Shown here: positions 1 to 11,146 of the stretch, piece after piece | Layout: each line of letters starts with the position of its first letter | How positions within the stretch are numbered: position 1 is the stretch's first letter | Source: Emiliania huxleyi CCMP1516 | Taxonomy: Eukaryota | Direction of reading: 5' to 3' | DNA length: 64,000 bases | Assembly: GCF_000372725.1 (NCBI RefSeq) | Contig: NW_005202428.1 | Coordinates: forward strand, 2,283,791-2,347,790 | Translations under genes and position numbers: made by a program | Notes under the pieces: generated by a model | The model's input: the letters and a program-made list of their open reading frames with translations, nothing else | What the model was told of the DNA's origin: nothing | Databases searched by the model: none

Positions 1-1
1 A

Positions 2-3000
2 GAGAGAGATGCGCTCTGCATGGTGGGACATAAAAGAGAGCGAGTACTTAGGCGAGTAGGCCGTGCGGTCGACGCTGCCGCGCGCGACTTTGCGCGCGAG
101 GCGGCGCAGCTTGAGAACGGCGGTGGGCGAGAAGCCGCCGCCGAACGTCTCGTGGAGCAGCAGGTTGAAGTTGTTGCGCTTGACAAAGATCGCGTCGTGG
201 TAGAAACCGCGATGCGCCTTGACGTAGCCGTGGCCGTTCTTGTGGTCGAAGGGTTGGCCGGGTTGCCCGCGCGCCTTGCAGCCCATGTTTAGGCGGCGGG
301 CCTTCTCTTCGGTGTTGCCGAAGGCGTAGGAGTGGCCAACGGAGGCGGGCGTGCCGCCGCTCGAGGCGTTGCCAACGCCCGCCGAGGAGGTCTTGAGGAG
401 GGGCGTCCAGAGCTTGACTTCATTCACCTCATCGCATCCTCCCGGGCCAGCGTGGGGTTCCGCGAGGTCGACCTTGTACCCCTCGTTGTACTGCCGGGTG
501 AGCTCTGGTTTCTCCTTGTCGCCGTGCACGACCGGCGCGTTGGCCGGGGCGCGCATCGCGTCCGCCCAGGCGGCGAGGACGCCGTCGTGGGGCCGCCGGT
601 GGTGGGCCTTGTTGTAAAGGTAGTCGCCGAAGAAATCGACTGACATGCCCCGCTCGAGCGCGACCCGAAGGGTGGGAAGCGCCATGCAGAGCCCGAGGGG
701 CCTGCAGCTGACGCCATCGTCCTTCCAGAGGCAGACGGCGTTGAGGTCGTCCTCGAGCCGCTTGAGACGCTCGTGCATGACACCCCAGCCAACGGAGGTG
801 CAGAAGTTGAAGAGGCAGTCCGCCCCGTCGGTCGACTCGGTGATGATGCGGACGAGCTCGTAGTCGACTTGGGTCGGGCCGCCCTTGCGGGCGCGAGGCA
901 AAGACTTTGCGAACTTGTTGAAGAACTTCCTCTTCAGTTCATAGCGCGCGACGCCCGGTTCGTCGGCGGTGACACTGGCAGGCGGGGCCCGCGCTTGCGG
1001 CGTCTTGCCGAGGTAGTTGGCGACAACCTTGGGGTCGCGGCCGTCGGCGGGCGCGGAGGGCGAGAAGGCCGCCCACGCCTTGCCGAACTCGCCCCGGTTC
1101 GCGTAGTAGTGGGCCCTCTTGACCATCTGTTCCATGGAAGGCTGCGAGGGGCCCGGCGAGTCGGTAGCGTCGCCCTGCTCCAGTGGGGTGGGCGGGACGG
1201 AGGCGGAGAGCGCCAGCTCTTTCCAGAGGGCCAGGAAGCCGTCGGGCGAGTGGGCGATGGTTGCGGCGCGCTCGACCATCTGGTCGGTCGTGTAGCGCGG
1301 CGAGCCGCTCGGCCGGCAGGTGACGAGGATCGTCGACGCGACGACGAAGATGGCACCTCGGGCGCCGTCTTCGGTGCCGGGCGCGTTGGGGTTGCCGCCG
1401 AAGGCCTTCATCCCGAACTCGAGCACTGAGCGGATCTTTGCACGGTACTCCTTGTTGTCGGGGAAGTCCTGGCTCTGCAGGTGGAGACGCTTGAGGCACT
1501 CGATCGAGACGCTGTCGCAGATGGAGAGATCGTAGTCTGCGGCGGGCGTGGTGTTGAGATTGATCGTGTCGGCCACCCCCGAGGGGGAGTTCCAAGCGAG
1601 CGAGACGCCGGTGGCGTTGCGGAGGGCGGCAACAGCAGCAGCAGAGCACGCAGCGGCGCCCGGGACGGCGGGCGCCCACGCGAGCCGCCGGGCGCGAGTG
1701 GCAGCCGAGACGCCACGGTTGTCAGCGTGGGTCAGGTTGGCGCCCGGTGTGCCCGGCGCCGCGTGCTGCAGTGCCTTGGCGATGGCGTCGGTGCACTCGG
1801 CCTTCGGCGTGATCTTCTCCTTGTGGGCTTTGTGCAGCGGGTCGTTGCGGGACGAGAGGTGGTTGAAGAACATGCTCGTCCCGTTGCCACCCGAGCCATC
1901 CGGAAGTTTGTTGGGGATGAGGCAGCAAATCTGAGCGCAGCACCCGCACTTGGTGAGCCCACTGGAGGCGAGGTCCACGGGCGTGTAGTTGTGCGTCTTG
2001 AAGTGCGTGCAGAGCGACTTGGCTGTCCCGAAGACTTGGGCGCAGATGGAGCAAGAGAAGGTTTGGCGAGGTGGGTTGGTGTTGGAGCTGCTGGCGGCTT
2101 GCGCCCCCCTCGCCTGCCCCGCCTCGCTTCCCTCCACGCTCTCTCCTCCGACGTCCTCGTCGGACGATTCCTCGTCGCTGTCGTGGCCACTGTAAGACGG
2201 CGGGGGCTTGCTCCCGTCGCCAACGCGGCGCTTGAGGCGCTGGGAGATGGGCCTCTCATCCATGTCGACGTCGCCCTCTGAGGTGGGCACACCCGTCGTG
2301 GCGTCGACATGCTCTGGAGACGCAGGAAGGCCGTCTGGGAGGGCTGCACCGGCGTCTGCCGGATCGGATTCGGCGCCGTCGCCCGCCGGGGCGATGGCGG
2401 GGTCGGGGTCGTCGCCCGTGCGCTGCTCGCCGTCGTCGGTCGCCTGCTCTTGCGGTGGTGGCGATGGTGGCAGCGAGATCGAGCCACTTGGATCCGGTCC
2501 GGACTCGGGCGGCGGCGGCGGCGGTGACGAGTCTGCGGCGTTGAGCTCTAGTACTTCGCGCTCGGCGTCGGCGAGGCGCTGTCCGGCGGCGAGGGCTTCT
2601 TCGTCGGTCGTCGCCTCGTCGAGGGCAGACGATGCGTTGCGCCTCTTAGCGAGGGCTTCTTCCTCTGTCTCCGCCTTGTCGAGGGCAGTCGACGCGACGC
2701 GCTTCTTGCTAGCGTCGCGCTTCTTGCCAGCGATAACGTCGGCGTAGGACATGGGGTCCGGCCCGTCGTCGTGGTGTGTCTTCAGCACCTTGGATGAGCC
2801 CTTGGGACCGCCCGCACTTCCGCTGGTCGTCCGCGCCTTGCCGCTGGGCGGGGAGGCGCCGCCCTCGGCAGCAGCGTCCGCGAGTGGTGAGCGAGGGCGG
2901 ACGAGCGAGCCAGAGACTCTTGGCGCCGGGGGGACGACGCCGAAGTAAGTCGGGGCGAAGAGGTTGGCCGGGAACGCGTCGCCGCCGGGGGGTGGTGGTG

Positions 3001-3700
3001 GGGGAGGCGGCGCCGGCGGCGGCGGCGCGGGAGGAGGAGGGGGCAGCGAGGGGGGCGGTGGTGGCGGCGGTGGTGGTGGCGACGACGGTGGCACCGGCGG
3101 CGGCGACGGCGGGGCCGATGCTGTCTGGCAGTCGAGAGGCGGTTCGAACCGGCGCTTGCGCCTCGGCGGCCGGTCGATGGGGGAGGATGTCGATGGATCG
3201 AGCTCTTCGATGCTGGCACCGTCGTCGGGCGAGGTCGAGGGCGGTGTAGCCGACGATGACGCAGTGGCGCCGTTGCCGGTTGCCGCCGAGGACGATGCAG
3301 CAGATGACGACGTGGCGGCGCCGTTGCCGTCGCCTGGCTGGGCGTAGGTGGTGATCGTGCCGGGGCTCAGGACGACGGGCGGTTGGAGAAGGACGCCGGG
3401 ATGGGCTGGCGTCGCCTCCCCTTCAAACGGGTACCAGAAGTCGAGTAGGATCTGGGTCGAGGTCGGGATTGGGTAGTGCACGTTGATGTGGGCGAGCGCC
3501 TCTTGGATGTCGCGGTACTTCTTGTGGCGCGCCCTCGAGCCCCCGATGGCGCCGTGCGCTGCACAGAGGTCCCACGTGGAAAAGACGCCCCAACCAGACC
3601 CTGGAACGTAGAGCGCATAGTACCAAGGTTTGGGCGCGGCGGAGACGCTGTGTAAGATGAACAGGGAAGCGAAAATGCCGTTTTTGGTGTAAACCGCCAT
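2..3700 (-). CDS. ORF of a CRE-like (RLE-type) non-LTR retroelement: RNase H1-type hybrid-binding domain, C2H2 zinc finger, RT N-terminus only, C-terminal restriction-like endonuclease; runs off the left edge
   Basis: Hand translation from ATG 3700; absent from the ORF track, consistent with no stop inside the window. Motifs: YYALYVPGSGWGVFSTWDLC...ARHKKY...EA (HBD-like), CSICAQVFGTAKSLCTHFKTH, GGPTQVDYE...LWKDDGVSCRPLG (RT motifs 0-2), DFFGDYLY...RPHD, KVDLAE...NEVK, LLLHETFGGGFSP...HAERISL. Confidence 0.8.
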   Translation of the reverse strand, partial: MAVYTKNGIFASLFILHSVSAAPKPWYYALYVPGSGWGVFSTWDLCAAHGAIGGSRARHKKYRDIQEALAHINVHYPIPTSTQILLDFWYPFEGEATPAHPGVLLQPPVVLSPGTITTYAQPGDGNGAATSSSAASSSAATGNGATASSSATPPSTSPDDGASIEELDPSTSSPIDRPPRRKRRFEPPLDCQTASAPPSPPPVPPSSPPPPPPPPPPSLPPPPPAPPPPAPPPPPPPPGGDAFPANLFAPTYFGVVPPAPRVSGSLVRPRSPLADAAAEGGASPPSGKARTTSGSAGGPKGSSKVLKTHHDDGPDPMSYADVIAGKKRDASKKRVASTALDKAETEEEALAKRRNASSALDEATTDEEALAAGQRLADAEREVLELNAADSSPPPPPPESGPDPSGSISLPPSPPPQEQATDDGEQRTGDDPDPAIAPAGDGAESDPADAGAALPDGLPASPEHVDATTGVPTSEGDVDMDERPISQRLKRRVGDGSKPPPSYSGHDSDEESSDEDVGGESVEGSEAGQARGAQAASSSNTNPPRQTFSCSICAQVFGTAKSLCTHFKTHNYTPVDLASSGLTKCGCCAQICCLIPNKLPDGSGGNGTSMFFNHLSSRNDPLHKAHKEKITPKAECTDAIAKALQHAAPGTPGANLTHADNRGVSAATRARRLAWAPAVPGAAACSAAAVAALRNATGVSLAWNSPSGVADTINLNTTPAADYDLSICDSVSIECLKRLHLQSQDFPDNKEYRAKIRSVLEFGMKAFGGNPNAPGTEDGARGAIFVVASTILVTCRPSGSPRYTTDQMVERAATIAHSPDGFLALWKELALSASVPPTPLEQGDATDSPGPSQPSMEQMVKRAHYYANRGEFGKAWAAFSPSAPADGRDPKVVANYLGKTPQARAPPASVTADEPGVARYELKRKFFNKFAKSLPRARKGGPTQVDYELVRIITESTDGADCLFNFCTSVGWGVMHERLKRLEDDLNAVCLWKDDGVSCRPLGLCMALPTLRVALERGMSVDFFGDYLYNKAHHRRPHDGVLAAWADAMRAPANAPVVHGDKEKPELTRQYNEGYKVDLAEPHAGPGGCDEVNEVKLWTPLLKTSSAGVGNASSGGTPASVGHSYAFGNTEEKARRLNMGCKARGQPGQPFDHKNGHGYVKAHRGFYHDAIFVKRNNFNLLLHETFGGGFSPTAVLKLRRLARKVARGSVDRTAYSPKYSLSFMSHHAERISL

Positions 3701-4392
3701 GAGGCCGGCGAGTAGGAGATCTCCCGGGTGCCGGGAGCTTTGCCAGCACCAGTCCGAGCGGGTCGGAGAGGTCCCAGAGGCCGCCCGCCGACGAGGCGTC
3801 GCGCGAGAAGAGGCTGACGATGGTCTCGTTTGCAGGCGTGCCGCCAACGAAGATGTCGATGTCAGAGTTGTTGGGGACGGGCGACGCCAGAACGGCGCCT
3901 CCTCGTCCTGGTGCTCGACCGCCTTCGGTACCTGTCGACCAGGGTCCCGGCAGGAGCGAGTCGTCGGACGGGTAGAAGATGCGCTCGGAGTCAATGGACT
4001 TGTACAATTTGTGGCTCCGAGAGGGCCGCACCTCGCACAACCCAACCAGGCCCCCGCCCAGCGGGGTAGTTTCCTGGCTACTGGTCGGGCTGTGGTTGGT
4101 GCGGTTGGCTCCGGCTCTGCCAGTCGTCGAGGGCAATGGGCAAGACGGTTGTGCCGCCCCAGCCCCCTCATCCGAGGGGACCCCACCGGCGTTGTGGACA
4201 CTGTGAGGGACAGGCTGCCTTGTGGCTGCCTTTGGTCCGACACAGAGCCATTCTGCACGGTGCCAGGTGGGTGGGACGGTCGAGGTAGTCGGCGCCGGAC
4301 CTGTGCAGCGGGTAGAAAACACGCTAGACACGCTAGGTACACTGGACTCGTCACGCGACACAGACGCAAAAGACACACGAGACGAGGTAGCC

Positions 4393-4729
4393 TTGGCAGC
4401 AGCCGTGGCAGCAGTCGTGGCAGCAGCCGTGGCGGCAGCCGTGGCGGCGGCCGTGGCAGCAGCCGTGGCGGAAGCCGTGGCGGAAGCCGTAGCCGTGGCG
4501 GAAGCCGTAGCCGTGGCGAAAGCCGTGGCGGAAGCCGTGGCGGAAGCCGTGGCGGAAGCCGTGGCGGAAGCCGTGGCGGAAGCCGTGGCGGAAGCCGTGG
4601 CGGAAGCCGTGGCGGAAGCCGTGGCGGAAGCCGTGGCGGAAGCCGTGGCGGAAGCCGTGGCGGAAGCCGTGGCGGAAGCCGTGGCGGAAGCCGTGGCGGA
4701 AGCCGTGGCGGCAGCCGTGGCGGCAGCCG
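4393..4729. repeat. 12-bp tandem repeat (GCCGTGGCGGAA)n
   Basis: Near-perfect array visible directly; encodes (SATA)n on the minus strand. Confidence 0.95.
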
Positions 4730-6524
4730 AGGCTGGCTCGGGAGCCGCGTCGGCAGCCGTCGGGTGCGCGACGATAGCTTGGACCGGCCCGACCGCGCTG
4801 CAGATGTTTGAAGCGGGTCGAGCTGGCAGCTCTTGGAGCGTCGAGCCGAGGAGTGGGTGTCGGACAGCGCCGACGTGGGACTCCGCTGTCGCGGCGTCCA
4901 CGGGGCGCAGAGCACGCGTGCTCTGCGCGAGTGCGAGCGCAGGATCGCTCAGGATCAGCAGCACGGCGGCCGCGAGCCGAAGNNNNNNNNNNNNNNNNNN
5001 NNNNNNNNNNNNNNNNNNNNNNNNNNNNNNNNNNNNNNNNNNNNNNNNNNNNNNNNNNNNNNNNNNNNNNNNNNNNNNNNNNTCCTGGCAGTGAAGGGCG
5101 GGGTTACTCCTTCGTTTAAATTTAATATTTTTTAGCGACCACGGAGTTTGCCGCGATGGCGGCCGGTTCAAGCGAGCCTGCCCGGCCTCCGCGCTTCCAC
5201 GCCCATTTGCATGCGCAATAGCCAATTGGGCCGACCGTGCTCTTGGGGCCGCATTCTCGACTGGTTATAAGAGCATAACCCTCTGGTGCTCACGGCCGAG
5301 CTGCTTCGCCTTCGGCATCCGAGTTAGTGGCGGACACGGGTTGAGACGCCTCTGGTGCGTGTGCAGTGCGGATGCAGTTCTCTTCACCTGCCAAGGTCAC
5401 GCCGATGAACGCTGTGAGTTGCACAATCGGCTCTGATTGAGGGAGACGACAGAAAACGGCTCGTGAGGCCGAGGGTGCACAGGAAGCGAGTGGCTACACT
5501 ACGTGCTATCCTCTTCCGCACGCACCGCAGAAGGGAGGGCTCCCCGGCAGTCTTAGGATGGGTCAGGCGCATCAGACCAGATGCAACTGAGGGCGGCGGG
5601 TTGTCACCCTCCCCCTGCGCCAGATCACCGTTGGATGCTCAGGCGCAGTGCTGCCGACTCATGAGAGGTTTACGAGAGTTCAACTCAGCCACACTTTCAT
5701 AGCTCAGAACCTCAGGTGGGCTCACAGCCTCGTGGTGGCACCACCCAGCACACTCAGTCTCAATCGGTCCAACGCTCTTGCTCTACGGACTACAGTGACG
5801 GAGTCAGGACGGAGCGGTGTGGCAGAGGGCCGGCGCACGTGGGTTGGGGGTCGAAGGTTTGCGCACAGGGAGGGGCGCTGCCTCTGACTGGCACGTGTCC
5901 GGCGGAGGGTTCGACTATGTATACATATACTAAACGAGGATGATAAACCGCGTCGGTCGAGACACGTTCAACCTCACTGGAGGAGGCGCGAGCCGCGCGA
6001 CGGACTCAGACCCCGACCCCGAGTACCGGCCCCAATACTCCGCATGGTGTGCGACGTGCGGTACATCGCGGAGATATCAGGAGTAAGGGAAAGTGAAGTT
6101 GGGGAGTGAAGTTGAGGTGGTGGAATATCTGTCTGATGGCAGGGTGAGTCATAATTGATTTTTGGGTTGGGATGAAGGGGTTGGTTGTGTGTGTTTTGAT
6201 AGATGATGGTATTGATGTTGTATTAGGGCTTGCGCGTGGCAGCGTCGGCTGGGGCTTTGGCTGTCGCCTCGGCTCTCCGGGTAGTGGCCTTGGTTGTCGT
6301 CTCGGCCTTTGGTGTGGTAGCCTCTAGGGCAGCCTCGGCTGGCGCCTCGGCAGCTAGGTCGGGGCCTTCTCTCCCCCTAGGCCCCCCCCCCCCTCGGTGC
6401 CCCGGAGGAGAGGGCCGACAGGCAGCGTTGGCGTGGGCCCGCAGCGGATGGCAGAATGAAGGAGGCCAGGGGCAGCTGACGCTAACGGAGTAGGGCGACG
6501 ATCGGAATACCCCAATAAAGCCAC

Positions 6525-6637
6525 CCCCCAAACTACTTTGAACTATAACACTCACCCTCACACCTCACCTTCACACCTTCCAACCCCCAAACTACTTTAA
6601 TCTATGACACTCACCCTCACACCTCACCTTCACACCT
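6525..6637. repeat. ~60-bp direct tandem duplication upstream of the tRNA
   Basis: ccccaaactacttt...acactcaccctcacacctcaccttcacacct occurs twice. Confidence 0.85.
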
Positions 6638-6697
6638 ATTGAGGTCAACTTTTTGCGAATATGTACCGCCACTCCACTTCTGCGTTCATCATCCAGC

Positions 6698-6771
6698 GCC
6701 CGCTTAGCTCAGTTGGTTAGAGCGTCGTGCCAATAACGCGAATGTCGGCAGTTCGAGCCTGTCAGTGGGTA
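6698..6771 (+). tRNA. tRNA-Ile (anticodon AAU), possibly a variant or pseudogene (C at position 33)
   Basis: Acceptor GCCCGCT/AGTGGGT, D arm GCTCAGTTGGTTAGAGC, anticodon stem TCGTG/CGCGA with loop CC-AAT-AA, T arm GGCAG-TTCGAGC-CTGTC, TTTT just downstream. Confidence 0.85.
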
Positions 6772-6879
6772 TGCACTTTTGCTGCCTTTTTGGGTATTTG
6801 CCCGCCCAGAGAGAGAGTGGACAGCTTCCGCAGCGCCCGGCTACAAGAAGCCGTGTCCACAGGTCGGCGCCCCCTCTCA

Positions 6880-7930
6880 CACCCTCTCGCCGCCCTCTCC
6901 CAGCATCGGCTCCCCGAGCGCGCCGCCCGCTCCTCCCCGCCCCCCGCCCCCCGCCAGCTTGCGCGTGGCAACGGCGGACGCGGCCGCCGTCGCCGCCAGG
7001 AGCGTTGGAATGCGGAGATAGTAACTGCTCTCTGTGGTGCCCCCTTGGCACTTTACTCTCCTGTCCCGCGTGACTCTCTGTCTCACATGAGTTTCTTCCC
7101 TCGATTGTGTCACGCGGGTTCGCTTTCTGTGCGGCGTCTCAATCGTAGTTGCTCGCTTTCTGCTCTTGTTTGTATACTTGGCCTATACTCTCGGCCTCCT
7201 CCGCGCGCCGCCGGGCGCGAGTGGGAGCCCTCGTCCTCCCGCAATCAAACGTGGTGACCCGTTGATGGATCGGTACCCGGCACGTGCAGTGCCGTCAACC
7301 ATCGCCGACATCCGACAACAACCGACATACGACAACCTCGGCCTGACTCGAGACCCCGGCGTGCAGCCGGTGCCAGTCTCGCGTTCCACACGGCCGGCCC
7401 TCATCCAGCTCGTCCAGCTCGCCCTCTCCATCGCCACCTCTTCCTAAAGCGTAAAGGCGCAGCTAGGCGCAGCCGACACATGGGATGGACATGGCAAGCA
7501 CATATGGCATGAACACAGGGCAGGCACGATTCGCGCATCTCGACACACGTCACACGACTGCACACAAGCGACACTACGTCGCGCAAGGGTGCAGCGGCTG
7601 TGGTCACGCACATCGCGCCCGATCCCCCCCTCCTAACGCGACGCCAGCTAAGGCATCAGTGCATGCATCGCTCTCCCTGTCCGCGCGGGTGCCCCGGTCG
7701 GGCGCTGGTGGGGCGCCGTCCTACGACCGGCGAGCCCCAGCAGAGGGGTGGAGCTCTCTACTGACTGCTGTCTGGTGCTCCATGTGATGATGTGAACTAC
7801 AACCTCTCCCTCGGAAAACGCCTTCTTCGTGCCGAGGCCAGCACCGGCGTCAGGGATCGAGGACTCGATCGCCTCGACATGTGGGAGAGTGTAGAGCATG
7901 CGAAAGTCAAAGACATGTCCAGGAGGCACG
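6880..7930 (-). pseudogene. Possible degenerate SET-domain gene fragments
   Basis: SSIPDAGAGLGTKKAFSEGEVV resembles the SET N-terminal motif; downstream fragments AKYTN and VATRKL lie in broken frames. Confidence 0.3.
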
Positions 7931-9168
7931 GCAGCCGACTCCTCGGCGCATGGCTCACAGATCGCCTCGTCGTCGCAGGGCTCGCAGACACGGGAGTCTT
8001 TGGTGGACGCCTGTCACGCAGCCCGTCGCGTCGCTTTGCGAGGCGGAGATTGAACGCGGCTGCGAGCCCTTCGCTCGCGGACAAGTCGACAGTGACCGTC
8101 GATTGATTGCCCGGCTCCAGCTCCGCGGTTTGGTCGGTGCGACGCGCCGCAAAGGGACGGCAACGTACACAGAAGCGCGATCCAGGGACGGGCATTAGAG
8201 TTGTCTGGCTTGCCAGTGGCAGCAGCCTCGGCCACGACACCGAAGGGAGGGTCGCACGAGACGGCGGACTGAAGGCTGGGCAGCTCGACAGGCGGCAAGG
8301 CAGACGGCAGAGCAGGGGAGCTCAGTCGCGTAGGCGCTGGTGATCGAATGATGTCGAGATAGTTGCGCGCACCGGGCGCGCCTGACTGCGGCAGCGGCAC
8401 TGGTGCTGGTGGCTGCCCTGCGGCGGCCAGCAGAGGCGATGGTGAAGGTGATACACCGAGGTTCTGGGCAGGTTCCTGTACGCCCCAAGCCTCGTCGGAT
8501 GTTCGTCCAAGTTCTGTTGATTTCGTACCGTTGTTGCGTGATACTCACATCCTGCTGCGAATTCACTGCAGCTGGCTTGATCGCTGCCACGGTCAAGCCA
8601 ATCCCTTCCGGGTTTGGTGAGACTTCCGTCGGAGGAGAGCTGCCCCAGAGCTCGCCGGCAGCCCGGCAGAAGGCTTTTCAGCTGGCATAGCCCCCTCCCC
8701 AACGGAGTCAGGCGACGATGACTTCTCAAGTACATCGATGTCGCCCTTGGGCTCGCTGTTGCTGGCTAGCAGCCCTCCCAACGTGGTGTGGTAGGGATCG
8801 GGGTGGTCTGACCAGCAAGTGTCCTGGTCGAGGCCCTCCGTAGTATCGCGAGGCGTCCCTCTTGCCTCGTTTGTAGAGGGATCGTCATCTGGACCCAAAG
8901 GTTGGTGCCCAGCAAGTGTGAGTGGGGAGCCACGTGCACGGCTCTGCGGTATTGCTGATCGCGGGTGAGGCTGTAAAGGCTAAAGCCATCCTCGATCCGG
9001 GTGCCGTCTCACCGGGTGCACCGGGACCCAGCTGTGAAGAGTCCGCAAGGTCCGTGCCAAAATGGCCAAAATCGAGCCTGGTTTGGCCGACTCTGCAGTG
9101 GCCGCAGGCGGTGATGGCGGACGCCGACGAGCCTCACGCGCCGGGCCCCACCTCAGACAGTACCTCCG

Positions 9169-10072
9169 CTCTGGGCCGGCGCGGGGGCCCCCGGCCCACA
9201 CCGTGCGCCGCGCAGCAGTGCGGAAACGGGGCTCCGGCTCTATGAGTCTCTATGAGCACCGACTTCCCGATCTAACCCGGTCTAACAGAGGGCAGATTTG
9301 GAGAGATCTCGAGGAGTACATACAGATAGACCCTCCAACCATCAGAAAACTCCGACCTGATCGGTCGTACTGACCGCCGACAGATCACTGCAGACAGCAG
9401 ACAGGCCGACGTCTGCACGCGGCCGGCCGGGCGAGAGGCTTGACACGATCCGACCCTGCGACCCTGACGCTGCTGCTCTAGCTATCAGCCATGCACTGCT
9501 GACTGCTGCCACAATGTGCGACCTGTGCTGGCCCACTTGGCGGCCTTCCCGGTCAGTGGTGAGGCGCAGTTCAGAGCTGTCGATGGCGCGATGCCGCACT
9601 GGTCCCACATTGGTGACACGAGACCACCAAGTTTGCCGGTCCAAGAGAGAGGCACCGGCGCTGTCCTGAGAAGGTGCGTGGTCCCTCTTGACTGCCCATG
9701 CGCGCGAGGCTGTGTAGGCATAGCCTCGAGAGTGCCAGCAGCCCATCCGAGGTGACGCGCATTGCGCCAGAAGCGTGCACGCAGCTGGAAGGACACCTTC
9801 CTACTGGCCGTACGATCAGGTCGTCACTGAATGCTTAATACTAAGGCCGCGAGCTATGCAGGTGATCAATTGTGCATCATGGCACGGTCAGCTGCGCCGA
9901 CAGGCTGTCGCAAGGCGTGATAGCATGGCCGCAAGTACGCCGATTCCCATGAAAACAAGTAAAAAATCGCGAAAAAAGAAAAAACGCCAAAAAATCGGCG
10001 CCTGCGGCGGGCCATGGGACCCCATCTCCCCCCCGCATGGACACCCTCTGGGCCCCCCGCGCCGGCCCAGAG
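9169..10072. mobile_element. Non-autonomous TIR DNA transposon (MITE), copy A, 8-bp TSD TACCTCCG
   Basis: TIR CTCTGGGCCGGCGCGGGGG / CCCCCGCGCCGGCCCAGAG; TSD at 9161-9168 and 10073-10080; interior closely similar to 46925-47826. Confidence 0.92.
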
Positions 10073-10232
10073 TACCTCCGGTGGGCTGCATCCACTCACT
10101 GGTGCGGGGCTGCTCGCTCGCCATGATCGTCGATGTGCACCGACGGCGACCGCCCTCTCGAAGCGCCCGGCTGACTGGCCAGCCGCCGAGCAGGAGCGAG
10201 CAGCCGTTCGAATCCGCGGTGCAGCGCCGCGG

Positions 10233-11146
10233 ATGGCGAACCTCGAGCCGGTGGAGAAGACCGCGGTCGTGTCGGACTCGACCGGCGCCGATGCGGCGTC
10301 AGCAATTCGGGCGCGGCCGACTCGCTCCAGTTCGGCGCAGCTCGCCTTGGAGCCCACCGCGCTCTTAAATCGCCTCGAGACCATGCTCCTCGGCAACCAT
10401 CCCGTCCCCGCACCCTCCAACGAGGTCAGCATCGTCGGCGAGGTCACCAACGGCATCATCATCGCCGCGAAAGCTGCCGTAAACACGCTCTTTTTGTCGC
10501 AGCGGCGCGGCGCGCTGATGGCTCTCCAGATAAAGAACCTGAAGAAGGCTGCGCTGGCGTACCTTGTGTGGGACCTACGCGGCGAGCTGGCGGGCGCGCG
10601 ACTCGAGCAGGCGGTCGTGTACGGCAAGCGGCTCGAGACACACGCGAGCGGCGTGGACAAGGAGTTGGGCAAGTGCAAGCGGCGGCAGGCGGGCGCGGAG
10701 GCGCTTCTCGCTGTCGTTCCAGAACGTTGCAGGACGTGCCGACGCCAGAGGAGCCCGCGGTCGAGGAGGAGCCGGCGGTCGAGGACCTGCCTGCCAGCGA
10801 CTCCCGTCCCGACGACGCGTCTTCGGACAGCGATCGGGAAAGCGTCTTCGAACGCCGGGTGACCCGTCGGATGATCGACGCCGGCCTGAACGAGGCGCAA
10901 TTCGATGATATGCGGGACGTTTACGGGATTCAGCTCGCCCACGAGGACAAGTGCCACGAGTGTGCCATTCTGCAGGCTCGGGCAGCCTGCTTCGAGAAAC
11001 TGTATTACAGCTGCAAGGCGAAGCTCCTCCCGTACCTCGAGCGCGACTGGGTGCCACTGGAGGAGGCATTCCAGCGGCTCGACCTTGTAGCTGCTCGGGA
11101 ACGCTCGGGTACCCTGGGTCGTGGGTATGATAGTGACATAACATAG
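10233..11146 (+). CDS. Hypothetical protein (two frames joined by a frameshift or small intron near 10700-10730)
   Basis: Coding-like MANLEPVEK...KELGKCK in one frame continues as acidic DVPTPEEPAVEEE...CHECAIL...YYSCK in another. Confidence 0.4.

Larger units (their letters stand above)
1..4982 (-). mobile_element. Internally deleted CRE-like non-LTR retrotransposon; boundaries uncertain
   Basis: The ORF above plus an upstream coding-like frame (~3725-4980) that includes an Ala/Ser/Thr repeat. The 5' side runs into an N gap and the 3' end is outside the window. Confidence 0.7.

Noticed and set aside
4393..4729. CRISPR-like array
   Set aside because: Pure 12-bp tandem repeat with no unique spacers, in a eukaryotic context.
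5083..6050. 5' junction or target half-site of the large retroelement
   Set aside because: No GAATGTACGTAAGAGC half-site was seen here; the junction may lie in the gap, or the element may use another site.
6056..6672. Possible TIR element (GCGGTACAT/ATGTACCGC)
   Set aside because: Only a 9-bp match and no TSD; insufficient support.
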